A program made the translations under genes and the position numbers. Shown here piece after piece: positions 17,401 through 26,434 of a stretch of DNA of 43,119 nt. The notes beneath the pieces were generated by a model, which worked only from the letters and a program-made list of their open reading frames with translations, was not told the origin of the DNA and did no database searches. The DNA is from an uncultured Caldithrix sp. (GTDB lineage Bacteria > Calditrichota > Calditrichia > RBG-13-44-9): the NCBI GenBank assembly GCA_964394475.1, contig CAYMXZ010000002.1, positions 1 to 43,119 on the forward strand, in the 5' to 3' direction. The first letter of the stretch is position 1. Each line of letters begins with the position of its first letter.

Positions 17401-19422
17401 TCATTGGATCAGCATCATTTTTCTGGAAATCCGTTTATCCTGATATTGAATCTGATAAATATAGATGCCGCTGGCTACTGCTTCATTATGATCATCCGTG
17501 CCATCCCAGGTAATAATTTTTCCATACTCGCTGAAACCGTCAAAGAGGGTGCGCACTTTTCGACCGGCCACATCAAAAATTTCCAACGTCACCTGACCGC
17601 TGGTGTCGAGGCTGAAAGGAATGTGAGTCGCTCCATTAAACGGATTGGGATAATTCTGGTATAAATAAAAATCCTGCGTCAAATTTATCGATGGATGCAG
17701 ACTGGTCACCGGAACATAGGTAGCTCTCTTTAATATCCAATTTTCAGGATCAAACGCAACTGTCTGTGGCGCAGCTTTTAATGGGATCTCAAAAGTCTGA
17801 GTCAATAATGAATCCCAGATCACCAGAGTATCTGGCGTTGAATTTGAATACTGCACCACTATGTCAATCGGCATTTTATAGAGGTGTTGATAACCGGAAA
17901 GATATTGGCTTTGTTGGATCACCAGATATAAATAATCCTGTCCTCCTTGATGATAATGAGAATAGCCCCAGTTATAGATCGGGTAATATGGTTCATAAAT
18001 CCATTGTTGAAAGAACCAATCCAAATCCATTCCGCTGGCTTGCTCACAGAAATCACGAAATTGTTCCGTGGTCGCCGTCTTATAAGCAAATTCGATGTCA
18101 TTTGGATAATCATGCATGATTTGAAAAAAGGTCACATCCCCCACCACATGCCTCAACATATGCAGCACCCACATTCCTTTTATATAAACCGTCCAGGAGA
18201 AAATCGACCAGGGATCATTTATATCATAGCGGTAGATAGCCGGTACAAATGCTCCTGTGAAATTCGAATTTGACAACGAGTTATTTACATAGCTGTGAAA
18301 AGCAGCTGTGCCATAATAATCCTCCATCCAGAGCGCTTCACTGTAGGTGGCAAAACCTTCATTCAACCAGATATGATGCCAATCGCGGCACGTCACTAAA
18401 TCCCCATACCACTGATGAGATAATTCGTGAGCATAAATCGTTTCCCAGTTTGTGCTGACCCCTCCGATACTGGTGCAGGTCTGATGCTCCATCGCTCCAC
18501 CCCAGGGAAAAACGGCCTGCCCATATTTCTCCTCAATGAATGGATATAACCCATACAAGCGACTGTAAGAAGCGAGCATATCTGGAATTTTACTAAAAGC
18601 AGTCTGAGCCGTGGCTAATTGCGAAGCGTATACATAATACTCAATAGGCATAAAATTACCCGGCGAGTATTCAAAAGAATCACTAAAAGTACTATAGGAA
18701 TCTACGGCTAAAGAAACCAGGTAAGTAGTGATCGGATAGCGTTCCTTCCAGACGAAAGTTTTGGTATTGTTGGGATTCATGGTTTGCTCGACAAGTACTC
18801 CATTGGAGGCAACTATCATATTGGTGGGTACCGTAACAGAGATTCGCACGGAGTCCATTTTGTCGGCAGGATCATCCTTGCAGGGCCACCAGGATTGAGC
18901 GGCGTATGGTTCGCTCAGGGTATAGACGCCGCCCGAAAACATAAATCCTGCCAGCCCGGTAGAACGGGGAACTCCGGAATATTGCACCGTCACTGAAAAT
19001 GTTTCTCCCATATTATAAACCCGATCCAACTGGATTCGTAAAACCCAATTTGAATGGGTATAGCCGCTTACATTTCCGCTCACCGAAAAATTTGACCAGT
19101 AGGGGGGATTATCTTCGCGTGAGTCAAAATTGAGTTTAATCTGATTTAATCCATCGACATTACTGCGATATAAACCAGTGACAGTGGCCTCAAAATTTTG
19201 CGGGTTATACGTGATAATGAAATTGAGATCATAATATAACTGATCATAATCAGAGGAATCGGGAAGAGCTGACTTCGCAAAAAATGATCGGGCAAAACTC
19301 TCTGCTTCAATTTTATATATTTCTTGTCGGGTTTGCGCCAATAATTCTATTCGCTCGGGAGTAATATCCTGTCCAATAACCTGAGAGAAGAAAATTAGGC
19401 TGATGAGGATAATTATTTTCAT
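17401..19422 (-). CDS. M1 family zinc aminopeptidase with a T9SS-type (FlgD-Ig-like) C-terminal sorting domain
   Basis: GAMEH exopeptidase motif (WGGAMEHQT). HELSHQWYGDLVTCRDWHHIWLNEGFATY gives the HEXXH-18-E zinc site. C-terminal NYPNPFNGATHIPFSLDTSGQVTLEIFDVAGRKVRTL...ASGIYIYQIQ is typical of T9SS C-terminal domains. I place the start at the ATG at 19422 (MKIIILISLIFFSQVIGQ), which has AGGAG 8 nt upstream. The ORF-track start at 19515 would overlap the upstream gene. Confidence 0.9.
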   Translation of the reverse strand: MKIIILISLIFFSQVIGQDITPERIELLAQTRQEIYKIEAESFARSFFAKSALPDSSDYDQLYYDLNFIITYNPQNFEATVTGLYRSNVDGLNQIKLNFDSREDNPPYWSNFSVSGNVSGYTHSNWVLRIQLDRVYNMGETFSVTVQYSGVPRSTGLAGFMFSGGVYTLSEPYAAQSWWPCKDDPADKMDSVRISVTVPTNMIVASNGVLVEQTMNPNNTKTFVWKERYPITTYLVSLAVDSYSTFSDSFEYSPGNFMPIEYYVYASQLATAQTAFSKIPDMLASYSRLYGLYPFIEEKYGQAVFPWGGAMEHQTCTSIGGVSTNWETIYAHELSHQWYGDLVTCRDWHHIWLNEGFATYSEALWMEDYYGTAAFHSYVNNSLSNSNFTGAFVPAIYRYDINDPWSIFSWTVYIKGMWVLHMLRHVVGDVTFFQIMHDYPNDIEFAYKTATTEQFRDFCEQASGMDLDWFFQQWIYEPYYPIYNWGYSHYHQGGQDYLYLVIQQSQYLSGYQHLYKMPIDIVVQYSNSTPDTLVIWDSLLTQTFEIPLKAAPQTVAFDPENWILKRATYVPVTSLHPSINLTQDFYLYQNYPNPFNGATHIPFSLDTSGQVTLEIFDVAGRKVRTLFDGFSEYGKIITWDGTDDHNEAVASGIYIYQIQYQDKRISRKMMLIQ

Positions 19423-19483
19423 CGAAATTGCTCCTGAATTTTTAAAAGATAATACGAAAAGTTTGATCAAATTCAACGAAATT

Positions 19484-20326
19484 TTATTGATTGAAATCAA
19501 GAAACTCATCATCAATTAAATTTGGATACTCCCGCAAAAAAGTTTGCACATTAACCTGATGGGCATGAAAATGCGCCCATTGGGGAAAATGTAATTCCAA
19601 TTCCTCTTTCAATAGTATATCATCTAATCCCTGCTGCACGAGCTTTGTTCCGGTTTTTATTAACTCCTGAACATATTTCTTTTCATTCACGATTCGTTCT
19701 ATAATCTCAGTTTGGGGGGAAGCGGGCTTCCCATGACCAGGGATCAAGCAGGTAATCTCATATTCCAGGACTAACTTCTGCAAACGCTGTAAACTTTTCC
19801 AATATTGACCTATCGAATGAAGAATAAATGGGATCGGGGTTTGAATCAACATATCGCCGGACAGCATTAGCTTTTCCTCTGGGACTATAATGGCGGTCAT
19901 ATCTGTGGAATGTCCCGGTACATGAAAGAACGCAAAAGAAAAAGGCGGTAGAGAAATGAACTTTCCATCATCGACGAATGTGGCGTGATCAGGGAATGCC
20001 AGCCATTCGAAATTTTCATATCCCTGTTTACGGTACATCCCCTGCACATATCGCAGATCATTAGCTCTCATCTGGGCAGTTTTCTGCTCCTGGCAACGAT
20101 GAATAAAAACAGAATACTCACCAAAAGTCTTCCAACCGGATATATGATCCCCATGAGTATGCGTCAATAGTATATTGACGGTCGTAAAGCCTTCCTTATC
20201 AATAAAATCACGAATTCGCTGCAATTCGGGAGGAAATACACCCGGGTCTATCAAATAAGCAGCCGCTCCCTCATAAACAACCACTGAGTTCATTCCCAGG
20301 AATTGACTACTAAATCTTCTTTTCAC
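19484..20326 (-). CDS. MBL-fold metallo-hydrolase
   Basis: HxHxDH motif (LLTHTHGDHISG) plus downstream His/Asp ligands (HVPGHSTD, GDMLIQ, IPGHG). Confidence 0.85.
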   Translation of the reverse strand: MKRRFSSQFLGMNSVVVYEGAAAYLIDPGVFPPELQRIRDFIDKEGFTTVNILLTHTHGDHISGWKTFGEYSVFIHRCQEQKTAQMRANDLRYVQGMYRKQGYENFEWLAFPDHATFVDDGKFISLPPFSFAFFHVPGHSTDMTAIIVPEEKLMLSGDMLIQTPIPFILHSIGQYWKSLQRLQKLVLEYEITCLIPGHGKPASPQTEIIERIVNEKKYVQELIKTGTKLVQQGLDDILLKEELELHFPQWAHFHAHQVNVQTFLREYPNLIDDEFLDFNQ

Positions 20327-20468
20327 TGCTTTGCCTCAAAAACATCCAATGACTATCCGAAAATACCCAAATTTACAATTACACTTCTAATGATTTAATC
20401 AGTGAAATATTTAAAAGGTTATTTGCAAAGCGCAGAACCGTTCATTATAATTTCACAATTCATAAGTT

Positions 20469-21056
20469 GTGGATACCATGTTCACCGATTTGTTTGAACA
20501 ATTACATTTCGCCTATATATTTTGTGCGGCCATGCTTTTTATTGCTGGCATCTATGTAGCGCCAACCATTGTGGAAAAAAACATCCGCTGGTTGCTGATT
20601 TATCCTCGCTGGATGGCCAGATTAATGGAGAAGTACTTTTCTGTTCGCTGGGGATTCCTCCTTATTTTTTTCCTGATTCTAATTTTAAACAATATTTCAC
20701 TTTTTACCGGTTTTCTTTCTGGGTTTCTGATCTTCCTGCCATTTTTAGCGGTTTTCCTCACTGGTTTACATGTAGCCATTATCGGCTATGATTTAATGGG
20801 CTGGCAGGGAATCTGGCATTTATTGGTGAATCCGGTTGCCTGGTTAGAATTTCCGGCGACCTGGATCAGTTTCGGAATGGGCATCCGACTCTCTGTCGTG
20901 CTATTAACCACCAAAAATTTTTCCCTAGCTGTCGATATGTTTCACCAGCTGGTGCCACTTTATATGAAATATGTTTTAACCTTGTTGATTGTAGCTGCTC
21001 TATTGGAATCCGGCTTAATACAATGGACGGACAGACATAGAGATAAATCAGAATAA
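20469..21056 (+). CDS. SpoIIM/DUF95-like integral membrane protein
   Basis: About 5 TM helices. The WLEFPATWISFGMGIRL segment resembles the ELPA motif of the stage II sporulation protein M (DUF95) family. The start is GTG at 20469. An alternative ATG lies at 20478. Confidence 0.5.
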   Translation: MDTMFTDLFEQLHFAYIFCAAMLFIAGIYVAPTIVEKNIRWLLIYPRWMARLMEKYFSVRWGFLLIFFLILILNNISLFTGFLSGFLIFLPFLAVFLTGLHVAIIGYDLMGWQGIWHLLVNPVAWLEFPATWISFGMGIRLSVVLLTTKNFSLAVDMFHQLVPLYMKYVLTLLIVAALLESGLIQWTDRHRDKSE

Positions 21057-21124
21057 TCCTGGTTCATGCAGCAGATCTTGGGCAACTGGATTCAGCTGAG
21101 TCAACCACACCATCGAACAAAACC

Positions 21125-21673
21125 TTAATCCTCTAACGTCCAGCCTTCTTTTTGCATATACCAGGCATTGGGATCTTTGAGATACTGATAGGTATTATCC
21201 AAAACATCGGCATGTTCCTGCTCCATATCACGCAGGAACGCATAAAATTTTTTCGCTTTTTCATCTGTGGTTTCTTGATAGAATTGAGAGTACATCTTCA
21301 CCCCATTTTTTTCAAATTCTATCGCTTTTTGATACACTTTGAGATCAGTATCAGACAGCGTTTCCTTGCCTGTTTTCACTTTTTCCAGAGTTTGACTAAA
21401 AATAGTAGGCATTTTCTCTTTTATGCCATGATAATTTTTCTCCTCAGGCGAAAGTTGCATCCAGGTTTTTGACTGATTCAATTCCGCATAAAATCGTTTA
21501 ATCAGCGAAATGTGCATGCGTTCATCTTTAAATAATTGCTGGAAGATGGACTTCACAAATTCATTTTTCGATTGCTCTGCACCAGCTTTATATAATTCAT
21601 AGCCTTCTTCTTCGGTTTTTAAGGCCAGATTCAACGCTTCTAAACTTTTTTGTAAATCCACCATTTCAATCAC
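21125..21673 (-). CDS. Rubrerythrin/ferritin-like diiron four-helix-bundle protein (no rubredoxin domain)
   Basis: Two E...ExxH half-sites: EEEGYELY...DERMH and EFEKNGVKMY...EQEH. Confidence 0.7.
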   Translation of the reverse strand: MIEMVDLQKSLEALNLALKTEEEGYELYKAGAEQSKNEFVKSIFQQLFKDERMHISLIKRFYAELNQSKTWMQLSPEEKNYHGIKEKMPTIFSQTLEKVKTGKETLSDTDLKVYQKAIEFEKNGVKMYSQFYQETTDEKAKKFYAFLRDMEQEHADVLDNTYQYLKDPNAWYMQKEGWTLED

Positions 21674-21751
21674 TCCTTCTCGTTTTTTTATTCAAATTGA
21701 ACTTTTCGTTTTTGTAATTTTATTTTTTTCAGATTTATTGAAATTACACTA

Positions 21752-22690
21752 TCAAAATACAAAAAATTTAACACCTACCGGTCGATGGTCAGAGACCTCA
21801 TAGGTATATGCAGAAAAAAACTCATCTATTTTTATGACCTGTGTGTAACCATTGGCATACTCGTCGATCACATCTTTTGAAATTAGCACCTGATCAATAA
21901 TACTATTGAACGATCCGATATAGGTCGCATTCTGGGTCGGATCATTCAGCAGAACCTGCGTCAGGAAAATATAGTTTAAAGGATCGTTCAGAAAAACTTG
22001 GAAAACATTCTCGGCAGGCGGATCATTTAGTTCATCATTCCAATCCCCCATGACCATAAAGTCTTTATCACTGGAAATGGCAATTTCATTGTCTAAATAA
22101 TTTTTTAATTTATTGCAGGCTGATCGCCGACGGGCTTCATTCTCCGCCCCTCCCGAAGCTTTAAGATGCAGCACAATTAAAGTAAAATCAAACCACTTTT
22201 CACGATGGAATGCTTGAACATATACCCGCAGAGGTGGACGCGGAAAACTGTAGCTGTCATCTGCAAACAACATCTGTTTACCCGAAATATGTATCATATC
22301 TGTTTTGTAAATAACGGCGGTCTTCTGATATTCTCCACCCGAATAAACATCATCGGAATACAGTCCACTATATCCCGGAAGCAATGAAAGCAGGCGGCGA
22401 AAACTTACGGTATCTTCAATTTCCTGAAGTGCAAATAGATCGGCATCCAGATCATTTATAATTTCTATTATGTCTAAAATGGTCTGATCACCTAAACGTG
22501 GAAAATTTTGAATATTCCAGGTGATCGCCTCGAAGGAAACGTCCGATCCAAAGCGAGGAAGATCAATCCGCAGAGAATCAGCAACCTTTTGGTCTGAAGG
22601 AGAATTAATCCTTTTATTACAACCCCACAATAGTGCCAGCAGGATTCCAATGACATAGATATAATTTTTATGCAAGGTAAATTCCATCAT
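21752..22690 (-). CDS. Endonuclease/exonuclease/phosphatase (EEP) family lipoprotein
   Basis: Lipobox LLALLWGC. EEP motifs ADLFALQEIED, GDWND, SDHRPV. GGAGG is upstream of the start. Confidence 0.8.
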   Translation of the reverse strand: MMEFTLHKNYIYVIGILLALLWGCNKRINSPSDQKVADSLRIDLPRFGSDVSFEAITWNIQNFPRLGDQTILDIIEIINDLDADLFALQEIEDTVSFRRLLSLLPGYSGLYSDDVYSGGEYQKTAVIYKTDMIHISGKQMLFADDSYSFPRPPLRVYVQAFHREKWFDFTLIVLHLKASGGAENEARRRSACNKLKNYLDNEIAISSDKDFMVMGDWNDELNDPPAENVFQVFLNDPLNYIFLTQVLLNDPTQNATYIGSFNSIIDQVLISKDVIDEYANGYTQVIKIDEFFSAYTYEVSDHRPVGVKFFVF

Positions 22691-22886
22691 TATTTTCCTC
22701 CCCCCATAATTAGTAAAAGGACTATCTGAAAAGCAAGCAGTTCAAAAATATCATTCCCGTTTCAAAATTGCTGCTCACTATTTTATTTTTTCATAGTATA
22801 TTATACCAAAGCTGAATCAGGTAATAAAGCATAATATCTGAAATCTTATATAATACGGGTGAGTTACAATTTAAAATGGAGGGTGT

Positions 22887-23084
22887 ATGTCAACGAAAAC
22901 AATTGCTATCTTGATTATTGCCCTGATTATTTTACTTTTAATCATCCAGAATCTGGACATCATCGGGATTGATTTACTTTTTTGGTCGATTCAGGTATCG
23001 CTACTTTTAATAATTCTGTTTCCTTTCCTGCTGGGCATTGTATTCGGCTGGATTTTGGGATCGCTGTATAGTAAAAAGAAATAA
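22887..23084 (+). CDS. LapA-domain (DUF1049) small inner-membrane protein
   Basis: 65 aa with two TM helices. LLFWSIQVSLLLIILFPFLLGIVFGWILG is typical of the LapA/DUF1049 domain. GGAGGG RBS lies upstream. Confidence 0.65.
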   Translation: MSTKTIAILIIALIILLLIIQNLDIIGIDLLFWSIQVSLLLIILFPFLLGIVFGWILGSLYSKKK

Positions 23085-23454
23085 TATCATCGAAAAAGAT
23101 ATCCATCTACAGTCCAGAGTCGATTTTTTCAACAGAATGTCTACGTTCCTGTCATCGACAACTGTTTAATTGATTATATATCAGACAGAACAGAAAAATC
23201 TGGTTTTGTTCGGGAAGATATTTTTTTCAATTTGATACATCTAAACACTCATAAATATCCTCACCGCATAATTTCAAATAATACAACACTATAATTTATT
23301 TTTCTTTTTGTCACTTCATTAGAAAAATTCAAAAAAATATTTTAAAATTCTGCAAAAGTTTTTTTAAAAAGTGTCGATATTGTATATATTGTCGGAAAAA
23401 TAGACAATTGGAATTTTGGTTGTTTTTGATTTACAAAGAGAAAAACAGAATCAG

Positions 23455-24909
23455 ATGAACGAAAAAGTGATTACTCGCTTTGCTCCCAGTCCCACCGGGC
23501 TACTTCATGTAGGTAGTGTACGCACTGCGTTGTTCAATTATCTTCACGCGAAAAAGCGGGAAGGCATTTTTCGATTGCGGATTGAAGATACTGATGTGAA
23601 GCGTTCGAGTCCAGAATTGACTCAAAAAATTCTGGACGGTTTGAAATGGTTGGGAATCGAGTGGGAAGAACCTGTTGTTTTTCAGAGTGCAAATTTGAAG
23701 CGTCATCAAGAGGTGGCGCATATGCTACTGGAAAGAGATTGTGCCTATCGCTGTTTTTGTACAAAGCAGGAATTGGAAAACCACCGTCAGGATTTCCGCT
23801 ACAATCAACATTGCCGTCACCTTACCCCAAAAGTGATTCAAGAAAACCTAGAAAAAGGTAAACCGTTTTCCATCCGTTTTAAAGTCCCTTCCGGAATAAC
23901 TTCCTGGGAAGATACCATTCATGGCACGATTTCCGTTCAGAATAATGAAATCGAAGATTTTGTTGTCCTGCGCTCTGATCGCTACCCTACTTACCAGCTG
24001 GCAGTCGTGGTGGATGATCATGATATGAGTATTAATTGGGTTATTCGCGGTGATGATCATATCTCCAACACTCCCAAACAGATCTTGCTCTATCAGGCCA
24101 TGGAATGGGATATTCCGACCTTTTCTCATGTACCACTTATCTTAGGATCGGATAAAAAGCGTTTGAGCAAACGGCATGGCGCAACCTCTGTTGAAGAATA
24201 TCAGCAGATGGGGATTTTACCAGCGGCTCTATTTAATTTTTTGGCGATCTTGGGTTGGGCTCCACCCGACAATCGTGAAATACTGTCCCGTCAGGAAATT
24301 ATTCAACTATTCGACCTGCATGATATCTCTCGAAAAAGTGCGGTTTTTGACGAAAAGAAATTAGCCTGGATTAATCAACAACATATTCTCCAGTCCGAGC
24401 CAGAGACTTTGTATCCCTTTATTCATAAATTATGGAACCAACAGAGATGGGTTAATGATCATCCTGATCAGAGTCATAAAAAATGGTTTCTCTCACTAAT
24501 TCAATTGTTAAAACCTCGCACCACTTATTTAAATGATTTTATCGAACTGGCTCGTTACTTTTTTGAAGAACCCAATACATTTGACGAGAAAGGATTACAA
24601 AAGTACTTTACGGATCCGGAGTCCTGGACACTGCTAAAAGAAGTGGCAAATGAACTGAAAGCCTGTCAACCATTTTCGGCAACTGTTATTGAAAACTCAA
24701 TAAGACAATTCAGTGAAGTAAAAAAGATTTCTGCTGCTAAAATAATTCATCCTCTGCGTCTGGTTTTGACTGGTCGCACGGCTACTCCCGGTTTGTTTGA
24801 GGTAATGGAATTACTTGGTAAAGCAACCGTGTTAAAACGAATAGAGGTATTCGTAGATAAAAAGTATCACATCCATGAATTCTTGAGAATTGATAAGAGA
24901 GGACAATGA
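23455..24909 (+). CDS. gltX: Glutamate--tRNA ligase
   Basis: N-terminus VITRFAPSPTGLLHVGSVRTALFNY (HIGH-type motif). RLRIEDTD. KRLSKRHG (KMSKS-type motif). I start the gene at the ATG at 23455 (MNEKVITRFAPSPTG). The ORF-track TTG at 23416 adds an unlikely N-terminal extension. Confidence 0.95.
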   Translation: MNEKVITRFAPSPTGLLHVGSVRTALFNYLHAKKREGIFRLRIEDTDVKRSSPELTQKILDGLKWLGIEWEEPVVFQSANLKRHQEVAHMLLERDCAYRCFCTKQELENHRQDFRYNQHCRHLTPKVIQENLEKGKPFSIRFKVPSGITSWEDTIHGTISVQNNEIEDFVVLRSDRYPTYQLAVVVDDHDMSINWVIRGDDHISNTPKQILLYQAMEWDIPTFSHVPLILGSDKKRLSKRHGATSVEEYQQMGILPAALFNFLAILGWAPPDNREILSRQEIIQLFDLHDISRKSAVFDEKKLAWINQQHILQSEPETLYPFIHKLWNQQRWVNDHPDQSHKKWFLSLIQLLKPRTTYLNDFIELARYFFEEPNTFDEKGLQKYFTDPESWTLLKEVANELKACQPFSATVIENSIRQFSEVKKISAAKIIHPLRLVLTGRTATPGLFEVMELLGKATVLKRIEVFVDKKYHIHEFLRIDKRGQ

Positions 24910-26393
24910 ATACCTTTAAGACAATCGTGGTCGATGACCAGCCGGAGATTATTGCGAACCTGGAAAAGCAACTAGGTAAATACGGTTTGCAGGTACATAC
25001 CGCTCAAAATTACACAGAAGGACGGTTCTTAATCGATCATTATTCGTTTGATATTGCCATTCTGGATATCGCTCTTCCTGACGGCAGTGGCATTGACCTC
25101 TTCCGCCAATTGCGTCAAAAAAATAGCGAGATCTATACCATCATCATAACCGGCAATGCAACTCTGGAAAATGCAGTTATTGCTTTGAATGAAGGAGTCA
25201 ATGCCTATTTAGTAAAACCATTTTCAGAAGAACAATTACATACCGCTTTGCAACAGGCCGAGAAAACAATAAGTCTGAAATCAGAAAATCAAGCCCTGTT
25301 TAACGAAATTCAACGCAATAGACAGTTTTATGAAAATCTACTTAATTCAACCAGTGAAGCGATTCTGGTACTTGATTTAAATTACCATATCCAGTATGCT
25401 AATCATTCTGCTCAGATGTTGTTCAATCTCACCCCGGATTCATCCGAAAACCACCCCCTGGAAGAATTTATCGTAGATGGTTATAAAATTCTTTCCCACA
25501 TTCATCAACAGTTGATGCAGGGCAAACCGGTTTCAGGTTATCGCATTTCGATTAAATCAAAATCGAATAAATTATTTGATGCTCATTTGAATGCCGATCT
25601 CTTGATGAGTAAGGCTGGCCATAGCGAAGGTTTAATTATCAATCTGACCAATCCATTAGTCGTCGATGAGGCTTTTAATCGCATGGTAAGAAAAGAAAAA
25701 TTATCTACCATTGTGCATCTGGCGAATTCACTAAGTCATGAGATACGAAATCCAATTAATATCATGTCTGGACGGCTGCAGTTGTTAGAAAATGAACTCA
25801 ACGATCCCCATTTTAAAAACGCATTTGAAAGTATTCAGCGGCAGATCGAGCGGATTTTACATATCACTGAATTATTAGAAAAATTTAATTTTAGTCGAGA
25901 GGATTCTATTCCAGAAAAATGCAACATCACAAAAATTTTTGAAACTGTTCTTCTGGAAAGAAAACCTCTTTTCAATGAGAAAAAAATCGAAATTGACTGC
26001 CAGATGCTTAAAAACGGTTTCACTGTCGAGGGTAATCAGATTCAATTTACTGATGCATTCCGATATTTATTTGACTCATTATACGATCTCACACCGGCTG
26101 GTAAAAAACTTGAAATTACCGGAAAAGTTACCGCGCACGCCCAGGATACCAAATGGTATGAATTTCATTTCATTATTCCCGAAAAAAAAGTTAGTGCCGA
26201 TAAATTATTTGAACCCTATCAATCAATCGATATGCAACTAAATGGACTCCTGGGTTTAGGTATGGTTATTATGCAGACCATTTTCAATAATTATGGTGCG
26301 AAAATCGAGACAATGATTCAAAATAATTCTCAAACGCTTATTCGAATTCGGTTTCCCTTGTTTGAAAATCTATCAACACAGATGATTCATTAA
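24906..26393 (+). CDS. Receiver-PAS-HisKA protein with a degenerate ATP-binding (CA) domain
   Basis: REC domain: VVDDQPEI...ILDIALPDGSG...IIITGNA...YLVKPF. A PAS-like middle region. H-box LANSLSHEIRNPINIMSG. In the CA region I find no N-box Asn (FRYLFDSLYDL instead) and no DxGxG. A G2-like GLLGLGMVI remains. The start overlaps the gltX stop (ATGA at 24906-24909). Confidence 0.8.
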   Translation: MNTFKTIVVDDQPEIIANLEKQLGKYGLQVHTAQNYTEGRFLIDHYSFDIAILDIALPDGSGIDLFRQLRQKNSEIYTIIITGNATLENAVIALNEGVNAYLVKPFSEEQLHTALQQAEKTISLKSENQALFNEIQRNRQFYENLLNSTSEAILVLDLNYHIQYANHSAQMLFNLTPDSSENHPLEEFIVDGYKILSHIHQQLMQGKPVSGYRISIKSKSNKLFDAHLNADLLMSKAGHSEGLIINLTNPLVVDEAFNRMVRKEKLSTIVHLANSLSHEIRNPINIMSGRLQLLENELNDPHFKNAFESIQRQIERILHITELLEKFNFSREDSIPEKCNITKIFETVLLERKPLFNEKKIEIDCQMLKNGFTVEGNQIQFTDAFRYLFDSLYDLTPAGKKLEITGKVTAHAQDTKWYEFHFIIPEKKVSADKLFEPYQSIDMQLNGLLGLGMVIMQTIFNNYGAKIETMIQNNSQTLIRIRFPLFENLSTQMIH

Positions 26394-26434
26394 ATTAATA
26401 AAACAGTAATACTTATTAAGTGAGGAGCACCGTC

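Noticed and set aside
17228-17443. 71-aa plus-strand ORF in the spacer between the DUF5916 gene and the M1 peptidase gene
   Set aside because: No SD is present. Its 3' end overlaps the peptidase stop region on the other strand. The product is Lys/Phe-rich with no motif. The spacer is more simply explained as the promoter region of the DUF5916 gene plus an imperfect terminator hairpin (17367-17387) for the peptidase gene.
23085-23415. 330-bp AT-rich leader upstream of gltX, checked for a T-box, attenuator or operator (direct repeat ATATTGT-at-ATATTGT at about 23377-23396)
   Set aside because: There is no specifier, T-box or terminator-antiterminator architecture and no stable hairpin with a U-tract. 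The short direct repeat alone is too weak to call as a regulatory site.
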